Below are positions 1 to 6,608 of a stretch of 64,000 nucleotides of DNA, in pieces (the stretch's first letter is position 1; each line of letters opens with the position of its first letter). A model generated the notes under the pieces. That model worked only from the letters and a program-made list of their open reading frames with translations. It made no database searches and was not told the origin of the DNA. The DNA is taken from contig JBAZZA010000006.1 of assembly GCA_041659025.1 (NCBI GenBank), positions 9,514 through 73,513 of the forward strand. The letters are read 5' to 3'. The position numbers and the translations under genes are program-made. This stretch comes from Bacteroidales bacterium. GTDB taxonomy: Bacteria; Bacteroidota; Bacteroidia; Bacteroidales; UBA932.

Positions 1-736
1 TTGCGTTTAGAAGCATTTTCAAATCATTTTTATGAAAAGAACAAAAAGGTATATTAAGTTGAAACGTTGATTTAATACCAACTTTACGGGATAAGTTAAA
101 AATTTCAACTATATGTTTGGCTGACTCTTCAAATGATAAAACAAAGCTATCATCAACTTTTTCATATTCAACAGCTGGTGAAGCAACGTTAAAAGCAATA
201 TGTTTTAATTTAAGAGTGTCATTAATAAATGCAATTATTTCTGAACTATATTGAAAAGACAATTTAGATAAAACGATATTGGCGTTAGGTTTATATCCCA
301 TTTGTGTGAGATTTTCAAAACCTAGTAATACATCTTTAAATACATCTTTTTTCTTTGTATTTTGGTAATAATTTTCCTCAGAAAAACCATGAAAGGAGAA
401 TGTAATATTTTTCAAACCTAAATCTATACAATTTTTTGCGAAATTCATATCCGAAAAAACTCTACCGTTTGTAACAAGAGAAATTTTCATATCATGTGAA
501 CCTAGCAATTTTATTAATCGAAATAAGTTTGAATATAAAGTAGGTTCACCTCCAATTAAAATAATATTTTTAATTCCAATTTCCTTGAAAATTTTTATTT
601 TATTATTTATAAAAGATATATTAATTTCGGTTCCTTTTGCATTATTAACACTGTCTTTAACATAGCACCAAATGCAATTGTTATTGCAGCTATCTATTAA
701 ATCAATCCATAATGTCTTTGGTAAAGCATATTTCAT
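1..736 (-). CDS. radical SAM enzyme (possibly SPASM/maturase type); the C-terminal end runs off the window
   Basis: Absent from the ORF track because it has no stop in the window. My translation of the minus strand from the ATG at 736 reads MKYALPKTLWIDLIDSCNNNCIWCYVKDSVNNAKGTEINISFINNKIKIFKEIGIKNIILIGGEPTLY...VTNGRV... It has the CxxxCxxC cluster motif and a GGEP SAM motif, and the frame stays open to base 1. Confidence 0.75.
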   Translation of the reverse strand, partial: MKYALPKTLWIDLIDSCNNNCIWCYVKDSVNNAKGTEINISFINNKIKIFKEIGIKNIILIGGEPTLYSNLFRLIKLLGSHDMKISLVTNGRVFSDMNFAKNCIDLGLKNITFSFHGFSEENYYQNTKKKDVFKDVLLGFENLTQMGYKPNANIVLSKLSFQYSSEIIAFINDTLKLKHIAFNVASPAVEYEKVDDSFVLSFEESAKHIVEIFNLSRKVGIKSTFQLNIPFCSFHKNDLKMLLNA

Positions 737-779
737 TTGTCATCATTATTTTAATTATAATCGCTATTTTTTTTATAAC

Positions 780-915
780 TGCTAACGTTTCGGGGCTTTG
801 CGTTCGGGCGGGAAATCGAAGCACAAATGTTCAGTTTTGCAAAAAAAATCAATTGAAAAACAGCCGTTGGATTTTGCACTTCAGCCCGCCTGACGCAAAA
901 CCCTTGTTATGTGCA
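780..915 (-). repeat. attC-like imperfect hairpin site E1 (candidate cassette recombination site)
   Basis: The minus strand reads TGCACATAAC-AA-GGGTTTTGCG-TCA-GGCGGG...variable about 70 nt...CCCGCC-CGAA-CGCAAAGCCCC-GAAAC-GTTAGCA. It has paired arms with bulges, AAC/GTT terminal cores and a length of about 136 bp. It starts 4 nt after the HEPN stop codon. Confidence 0.5.
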
Positions 916-919
916 GATT

Positions 920-1510
920 TTATTCCATTAATCTAAACCAATCTTTTACCGTCAATTCAAGTCTTACAATTTCGTCTTCTGCAAGAGGACAGCAATGTGC
1001 TATTGGTCCTCTTAATTGATTTAAATTTGTCATTATCTTTGAAAACGCTCTTTGTCCTCGTTTAAATAGATTTTCAAATGCTTCCCAATTTTTTGTAACT
1101 ATTTGACCTAACTCACCAAATGTTGTATAATCTATTTTTTCTAGTGAACGGATTGTAAATCCTGAATCTTCTTCACGTTGAATGTTTTTATCTACATTTT
1201 TCTTTACTTCTTCATCTATTTTGTCAACCCACCAGTTCTCGCCATATTTTTCTTTCATTAAAAGCATAACCTGCCTTCTAATTGATTTTTCAAGACAGTA
1301 AAAAACCTCGTAATGTTTAGACATTACTTTCGCCTCATTTCTAAATTCAGCTTCAAATTGCAAGTAAAAGTCCTTTTCCTTCGTTTGTGCTTTTTCTTGA
1401 CGTCCTAAATCAGAACCTATTTCAATCTCTACATTGTCAAGTCGATTTTCTGTTAGGCTATTTGCCAAGCAAAAAAGCTTTACTTTAGAAATTATATCGT
1501 CATTAGTCAT
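920..1510 (-). CDS. Swt1-like HEPN domain protein (predicted RNase, toxin/effector candidate)
   Basis: A 196 aa ORF. The C-terminal region reads ...YGENWWVDKI...NWEAFENLF...LNQLRGPIAHCCPLAEDEI, with an R-x4-H HEPN motif encoded at 995-1012. Its start overlaps the upstream gene's stop (ATGACTAA). Confidence 0.7.
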   Translation of the reverse strand: MTNDDIISKVKLFCLANSLTENRLDNVEIEIGSDLGRQEKAQTKEKDFYLQFEAEFRNEAKVMSKHYEVFYCLEKSIRRQVMLLMKEKYGENWWVDKIDEEVKKNVDKNIQREEDSGFTIRSLEKIDYTTFGELGQIVTKNWEAFENLFKRGQRAFSKIMTNLNQLRGPIAHCCPLAEDEIVRLELTVKDWFRLME

Positions 1511-2132
1511 TTAATAAATTTTCCTTTAAAGATTTGAAAATTGCGTTAAAGACTGCAGGGTCGTCTGTTTTAGGTAAAACTAAATTAATGGTATAACTTA
1601 AACCCAAGTTGATTTTCTTGATTGTTTTCCCTGTTTCTATAGGAGTTTCCTTTTCCTCTTTGATTTCTGGTTGCTTAACAATGTCAATTTTGTCTTCCTT
1701 TGAATTTTCGAAATCAGCTAATTCTTTTGCAGCCCAAAAAGTACCTGCGATTGCTTTAACCGTACTATTATCGTGTGCTGAGCCTGTTATTTCGGACACC
1801 AATTTTGTTAATTCAGTCCTTGATAGGTCTTGGGCATATTCATTTCTCTCATATATTTCTGAGTAACCAATTTTTATGGCTTTTGCCATTGTTTTGCTTC
1901 GATAGCTTGGATTTCTATAGTCCTTGTAAATCTGTGTAGGAGTTCCGTCACTATTTAAAAAATTACATTTTTTCGCCCAAGAAATGAACATTCTTTGGTT
2001 GCCACCTGGAAATCCAAGTTTAGTTCCTAAGAAGTCATTATTGAAATTTTCAGGAACAGAAGCATCACAGATTTTGGTTAAAATCTTTGTGAGTGTCCCA
2101 GGTGTCATTAAGTAAGGTAAATTTGATGCCAT
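1503..2132 (-). CDS. DUF5343-like protein (family recalled from memory); N-terminal globular domain, E/K-rich linker and a short conserved C-terminal segment
   Basis: A 209 aa ORF reading MASNLPYLMTPGTLTKILTKI...GFPGGNQR...SDGTPTQIYKDY..., then a linker ENSKEDKIDIVKQPEIKEEKETPIE, then the tail INLVLPKTDDPAVFNAIFKSLKENLL. It overlaps the HEPN gene by 8 nt, which suggests translational coupling. Confidence 0.65.
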   Translation of the reverse strand: MASNLPYLMTPGTLTKILTKICDASVPENFNNDFLGTKLGFPGGNQRMFISWAKKCNFLNSDGTPTQIYKDYRNPSYRSKTMAKAIKIGYSEIYERNEYAQDLSRTELTKLVSEITGSAHDNSTVKAIAGTFWAAKELADFENSKEDKIDIVKQPEIKEEKETPIETGKTIKKINLGLSYTINLVLPKTDDPAVFNAIFKSLKENLLND

Positions 2133-2148
2133 AATGTTTGTTTAAATT

Positions 2149-2208
2149 TGCACATAACGGTTCGGCGATATAGCCCGTTTTAATGGGCGGTGACGCCTGT
2201 TATGGGTG
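2149..2208 (-). repeat. attC-like imperfect hairpin site E2 (candidate cassette recombination site)
   Basis: The minus strand reads CACCCATAAC-A-GGCG-TCACC-GCCC-ATTAAAAC-GGGC-TATAT-CGCC-GAACC-GTTATGTGCA, about 60 bp. It shares its architecture and the GAAMC-GTTA end with E1. It ends 16 nt upstream of the DUF5343-like ATG. Confidence 0.5.
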
Positions 2209-2403
2209 CGGTTGCTTTCATAATGTTATTCTCGTCTATTATCTCTTTTCCGGTTGGCTACAACATGATATTTCCTCTCCAATATTGACCTTCTCCCTCT
2301 TGCTCCCCTTCTATTTCGCTGTTATTCTATCCCTTATTTTCCATTAGCACCTTCTGCAAACAATTTAGTAATTGTATCTTAAACATCTAATTCCTTCGCA
2401 ACT

Positions 2404-2479
2404 CACCCATAACTTGTTTATATATTTAACTTTATTACATATACTCACCAATTTCAATTGATAATATTCAACGTTATTG
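2404..2479 (-). repeat. possible degenerate third attC-like site E3
   Basis: GTTATGGGTG (minus strand, 2413 to 2404) is the exact reverse complement of the E2 5' core CACCCATAAC. A GTTA/TAAC pair at 2473-2476 and 2410-2413 could close a weak AT-rich hairpin. The fold is poor. Confidence 0.25.
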
Positions 2480-2810
2480 AATAATACATGTGAATAAAAT
2501 CCCTTATTTCCCCAGCGCATTTCTTATGAAAAGAAGTACTAGCATGGAATACAATGTGGTAAAGTGAAAAAATACACCCGAACTGCAACGTAGTAAATTT
2601 AAATAATAGAATATCTATTTCCAAATAAATTTTCTATATCCAGATAATCTTTAGCTAATTACAGAATTTCTCTGGCCTATTTAAGTCAAATTTGCTCATT
2701 TCACCCATTCTCCAGACAGACAAGAAACCTTTACACATATTATCAAACCATGGCAAAAATTGTGAAATACAACAGAAATATTCAAGAACTGGGAGATATT
2801 TGTTATAAAG

Positions 2811-2950
2811 GTTTGTGCACCCACTCATTGAGCGTAGCATAAAAAATCAAGAGCGGAAATTGGCAGCTATTCTGCTGAAGGATTATCTCAATTACACCCT
2901 TTAATTTTTACCAAGTAAGCGCATCAGGAGTTATTGAGCAGCACCAATAC
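2811..2950. repeat. degenerate copy (B1) of the long-palindrome family
   Basis: The left arm GTTTGTGCACCCACTCATTGAGCGTAGCATAAAAAATCAAGAGCGGAAA closely matches the 3274-3321 arm. The right arm is decayed. Confidence 0.4.
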
Positions 2951-3080
2951 ACAGAAGTGAATCCGTGAAAACGTATCAGAACTCGGCGCAAATAGTGTGA
3001 CAAAATACAGTATATGGTGCATGATTAGTATATGCTTGCAGAATTGTATTCTCTTTTCTACTGTCATTTTGCATTAAAAG

Positions 3081-3118
3081 ATTGATTGTGTAATAGTCTG
3101 AACGGGCATTGCATAAAC
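3081..3118. repeat. partial copy of the outer arm of the long-palindrome family
   Basis: ATTGATTGTGTAATAGTCTGAACGGGCATTGCATAAAC resembles TTGATTGTGTAATAGCCAGAGGGACATTGCAATAAG at 3236-3271. Confidence 0.4.
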
Positions 3119-3235
3119 TATTTGTCGCATATTACACTATAGGAAATTATGCGACTTAATAGTAATAAGGTGTGGAGTTTGAAGATGCTTAAGGCTTATA
3201 AAATATATTCTCATATTCATTTTGCTTCTTAATTT

Positions 3236-3427
3236 TTGATTGTGTAATAGCCAGAGGGACATTGCAATAAGCGTTTGGGCACCCACTCATTGAGCGCAGC
3301 GTAAAAAATCAAGAGTGGAAACCTGCAGCCATCTGTACTGGCAAACTTGGTTTCCACCTTTGATTTTTAGCGTAGCGAAAGCACAGTGGGTAAACGCGAT
3401 GCACGGTCCCGAAGGCAATTACACAGC
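3236..3427. repeat. long imperfect palindrome B2 (about 190 bp; inner arms 3280-3323 and 3349-3392, loop 3324-3348)
   Basis: The inner arms CACCCACTCATTGAGCGCAGCGTAAAAAATCAAGAGTGGAAACC and GGTTTCCACCTTTGATTTTTAGCGTAGCGAAAGCACAGTGGGTA are largely complementary. The outer arms (ATTGTGTAATAGCC... and ...GGCAATTACACAGCC) extend the pairing. Confidence 0.6.
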
Positions 3428-3540
3428 CATATAATAAATAGAAGCAAAATGAAAAAGAAAACAAAGAGAATAAATCCGAAACACGCATCCGAAAACCCAC
3501 ACCTTATCCAAAAATTGTCGCATAATTAGCTCTGTATAAT

Positions 3541-3590
3541 TCGCGAAGTGGGTAAACGCGATGCACAGTCCCGAAAGCAATAACACAACC
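3541..3590. repeat. partial copy (right outer arm) of the long-palindrome family
   Basis: TCGCGAAGTGGGTAAACGCGATGCACAGTCCCGAAAGCAATAACACAACC resembles GCACAGTGGGTAAACGCGATGCACGGTCCCGAAGGCAATTACACAGCC at 3381-3427. Confidence 0.5.
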
Positions 3591-3698
3591 AATAAAAAAA
3601 AGAGATTCAAAATAAAGAAGTAGATAATACGGCTGTAAGCATCTTTAATAATGCACCATACCAAGAGTGACGCACAATTTGCACCCAGTCTGCTACTG

Positions 3699-4529
3699 CT
3701 ACGATTCACACAGGAACTTGCTGCTCACAACTCCCTGAAAGCTCTTCGACACCGGAATATCAGGCGAATCCGCCACATCAATCTCCAGCATGAGCCCCTC
3801 CTTGGTACGCCTAATAACCTTAACCCTGTTAAAATTCACAAGAAACGACCTATGACAACGAGCAACAGGCGTCCTCCTCAACAAAGATTCAAGGTTCTTA
3901 AGACTGTTCCGGAGCAGATACGTCTTAGACTTACCATTAGTAACATAATGAATAACAACATAATTATCAGCCGATTCAATATAAAGCAAATCCTCCAGCA
4001 AAATAGACAACATAAGAGCACCCTTCTCATCCTTAAAAGTAATACTCTTAAGCGGATTCAACTCAGGTTCGTCACCAGACTCAATCTTCTGCAACCTTCT
4101 AGTACTCTCCTGCCACCCAAAATAGAACCACAAAGCAAGATAGGGGAGAAGAAGGACAAGAGCAGTATTCTTAGAAGACTCCTTGAAAACCTCCATAGTA
4201 TCCCGGCTGGGGTTAAGCACAAGAGAGTAGATAGTATAGAAGAGCGACATGAACAAAATCTCCGCAAGCACCCAGATAACATAAGTACGATAAGAGATAT
4301 CATGCCTGCGACTATAGAAGTACATAATGATACGGCTGATGATAACAACCAGCACCCCGGTGAGAATAATAAGGCTGGAGTAGACAAAGAACATGAAGTC
4401 AGAAACCTTGTACCAGCTCGACGAGCTGAAGGGTTTGTAGATATTGATGAAGACCAGCGCAAATACAGCAGTCAGGGCAACCAGCTTTATAATATTCCGT
4501 TTTTCGTTTATGTATTTTGGTATGTTCAT
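3699..4529 (-). CDS. membrane-anchored LytTR-domain DNA-binding protein
   Basis: Four or more N-terminal hydrophobic helices. The C-terminal LytTR-like region reads LLYIESADNYVVIHYVTNGKSKTYLLRNSLKNLESLL...CHRSFLVNFNRV. I placed the start at the ATG at 4529 (MNIPKY...) rather than at the ORF-track maximum. Confidence 0.75.
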   Translation of the reverse strand: MNIPKYINEKRNIIKLVALTAVFALVFINIYKPFSSSSWYKVSDFMFFVYSSLIILTGVLVVIISRIIMYFYSRRHDISYRTYVIWVLAEILFMSLFYTIYSLVLNPSRDTMEVFKESSKNTALVLLLPYLALWFYFGWQESTRRLQKIESGDEPELNPLKSITFKDEKGALMLSILLEDLLYIESADNYVVIHYVTNGKSKTYLLRNSLKNLESLLRRTPVARCHRSFLVNFNRVKVIRRTKEGLMLEIDVADSPDIPVSKSFQGVVSSKFLCES

Positions 4530-4679
4530 ATCTCCTTCGCAAATGTAACAAATTAATTTGGCCACGCATATTAAATTTTCACCCCATATTCCGCAATTTC
4601 GCCCCAAAGCCATACCCTTTAAACCATTTATTTGCCAAGCGCAGAGCGGAATATTTCTTTTGTGAAAAATTACAGAGAT

Positions 4680-5765
4680 ATGAAGCTGCACAAATTTATT
4701 TTTAAAGAAGTTTTGGGAAAAGGAGCGATAGTGGACGACATGAAAAAATGCAAGACTCCGGTTTTCCTAAAGAAGACCGACGATGAATTTCAGGAAAACC
4801 AGGCATTCGAATATCTTATAGTAGAGCCCGAAAATATGCTCAGAGAGCCCAACGGAAAGGCATCGTCGGTTATACTCATGTTTCACGGACTAAACGAGAG
4901 GACATGGGACAAATACTACTCATGGGCAGAGTACATAGCCAACCACACAAGAAAACCGGTTCTGCTTTTTCCAACAGCGTTCCACATAAACAGGGCCCCG
5001 GCAGAATGGAGCAACCCAAGAGCAATGCAACCGTTCGTGGCCGACCAGCAGAACACAGAGCCAAAGCCGTCGCACCTCACATTCCTGAACTACGCACTCA
5101 GCAACAGGATAAAGGCCGACCCATACAGATTCTACCTTGCCGGCAGGGAGACAATCAACAACGTCTGCCAGCTTATTGGAAAAATCAAAAAAGGGACACA
5201 CAAGCTTATAGACAGCAAAGCAACAATAGACATATTTGCATATTCGATTGGGGCCCTAATGTCGCAGGTGATACTCTTTGCAAACCCCAACAACTACTTT
5301 ACAAAGAGCAAGTTGTTCATGTTTTGCGGAGGCTCGCTTTTCGACCAGATGGACGGAGAGTCAAAGATGATAATGGACAGGGAGTCGTTCTATTCGCTGC
5401 TCGATTATTACAAAAACAAGTTTCTTTTCTTCAAAAGCGAGAGCAGGTTAAAGGGCGACGTTCTTGAGATGGCATTTGTGAGCCATATAGACTACGCAAT
5501 AAACAGAGAGGAACGAGAGAGCTTCTATGAGGAGATAAGCCATAGGATACAGGCAATATCGCTAAAGAAAGACAAGGTGATACCAACAACAGGAATCAAG
5601 TCCGCTCTTGGCAAAATACATATGAACTGCCTTGAGGAACTTGATTTTCCATTTGATTATTCTCATGAGAACCCGTTTCCTCCCGAAGGACCAAAAGTCG
5701 ACCCTGCCGACAGGAAGTTCTGGTTTGAGAAGGTATTCTCTAAAGCGTCAGCCTTTCTGAGCTAA
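4680..5765 (+). CDS. alpha/beta-hydrolase-fold protein of unknown function
   Basis: It has an HG oxyanion motif (MFHGLNE), a nucleophile-elbow-like AYSIGA and a C-terminal SHENPF. The start was chosen at MKLHKF (4680). The specific family is not recognised with certainty. Confidence 0.6.
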   Translation: MKLHKFIFKEVLGKGAIVDDMKKCKTPVFLKKTDDEFQENQAFEYLIVEPENMLREPNGKASSVILMFHGLNERTWDKYYSWAEYIANHTRKPVLLFPTAFHINRAPAEWSNPRAMQPFVADQQNTEPKPSHLTFLNYALSNRIKADPYRFYLAGRETINNVCQLIGKIKKGTHKLIDSKATIDIFAYSIGALMSQVILFANPNNYFTKSKLFMFCGGSLFDQMDGESKMIMDRESFYSLLDYYKNKFLFFKSESRLKGDVLEMAFVSHIDYAINREERESFYEEISHRIQAISLKKDKVIPTTGIKSALGKIHMNCLEELDFPFDYSHENPFPPEGPKVDPADRKFWFEKVFSKASAFLS

Positions 5766-6578
5766 CTCTTTTATAAGCGATTTAGGATCAATGTTGTTAC
5801 GCTCGATGTCCTTGAAGTAGTTTACTGTGCCAACCTTGAGCTCAACTGTAGAGGCATCGTCGCAAACAATAATTCCCTTTCTGTGAAGCTGAAGCACGCT
5901 TACAGTATACATGTGGTTCACGCTACCCTCGATAGCTTCGTAAAGGGCCCTCGACTTATGGTGACCGTTAACCAGAACCATTACCTCTTCGGCATCCATA
6001 ATTGTTCCCACACCAACAGTAAGAGCAGTCTTAGGAACCTGATGGATGTCGTTGTTGAAAAACCTGGAGTTGGCTATTATGGTGTCGGTAGTCAGGCTCT
6101 TGATCCTTGTCCTTGAAGTTAAGGAAGAACCCGGTTCGTTAAAAGCAATGTGTCCGTCGGGGCCAATTCCACCCATAAACAGGTGAACACCACCGTAGGA
6201 GGCCATCTTCTTCTCGTAATTCTCACATTCAAGCAACAAATCCTTTGCGTTGCCGTCAAGTATGTTGGCGTTTTCTCTTCTTATGTCTATATGCTGGAAA
6301 AAGTTGTTCCACATAAAGGTAAAGTACGATTGCGGGTGCTCTTTGGGGATGCCGATATACTCATCCATGTTGAATGTGACAACATTCTTGAATGATACCA
6401 GTCCCTCTCTGTAATATTTAACAAGCTCCTTGTATGTTCCGTTTGGAGTAGATCCTGTAGGAAGTCCAAGCACGAAGGGCTTGTATTCCGTTGGAGCAAA
6501 TTCCCTGATTCTTTTTACAATGTAGGCCGCGGCCCATTGTGAAACCTCTTCGTAAGAGTTTTGTATGATTACTCGCAT
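5748..6578 (-). CDS. nagB: glucosamine-6-phosphate deaminase
   Basis: [17 protein letters not shown]...LGLPTGSTP...FNMDEY...[16 protein letters not shown] are typical NagB motifs. Confidence 0.9.
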   Translation of the reverse strand: MRVIIQNSYEEVSQWAAAYIVKRIREFAPTEYKPFVLGLPTGSTPNGTYKELVKYYREGLVSFKNVVTFNMDEYIGIPKEHPQSYFTFMWNNFFQHIDIRRENANILDGNAKDLLLECENYEKKMASYGGVHLFMGGIGPDGHIAFNEPGSSLTSRTRIKSLTTDTIIANSRFFNNDIHQVPKTALTVGVGTIMDAEEVMVLVNGHHKSRALYEAIEGSVNHMYTVSVLQLHRKGIIVCDDASTVELKVGTVNYFKDIERNNIDPKSLIKELAQKG

Positions 6579-6608
6579 AGTCAGGTATTTTAGGTATTTT
6601 TCTATAGT

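Noticed and set aside
712-936. A 74-aa plus-strand ORF between the radical SAM and HEPN genes
   Set aside because: It lies entirely over the E1 hairpin, so its length is explained by the repeat. The sequence is hydrophobic and low-complexity, has no recognisable domain, and is antisense to the cassette orientation.
906-2158. A simple transposon/MITE reading of the 10-bp inverted repeats GTTATGTGCA and TGCACATAAC flanking the HEPN module
   Set aside because: This is not fully excluded, but each repeat is one end of a larger self-pairing hairpin. The same end-to-end complementarity continues to the next site (2199-2208 with 2404-2413). No target-site duplication or transposase is visible. The chained-site cassette model explains more of the data.
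2655-2840. A 61-aa Cys-rich minus-strand ORF
   Set aside because: Its start lies inside the degenerate palindrome B1, and it has no recognisable family and no adjacent attC-like site. A real small cassette ORF cannot be excluded, but the evidence is insufficient.
3014-3660. A 10-bp inverted match, TATGGTGCAT (3014-3023) with ATGCACCATA (3651-3660)
   Set aside because: An isolated 10-mer inverted match within 1.5 kb of AT-rich DNA is expected about once by chance. It is not anchored to any other structure.
3309-3709. Two minus-strand ORFs of 63 and 96 aa in the repeat tract
   Set aside because: Both are built from the palindrome arms, are hydrophobic or low-complexity, and one overlaps the LytTR 3' end. 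There is no supporting motif.
3651-4556. A 301-aa plus-strand ORF
   Set aside because: It is exactly antisense to the well-supported LytTR gene. The composition is low-complexity (N/I/L/R-rich) with no motifs, which is typical of a shadow ORF.
4904-5467. A 187-aa alternative-frame plus-strand ORF inside the hydrolase gene
   Set aside because: It is an out-of-frame overlap with a longer ORF that carries hydrolase motifs. Its basic, low-complexity composition also argues against it.
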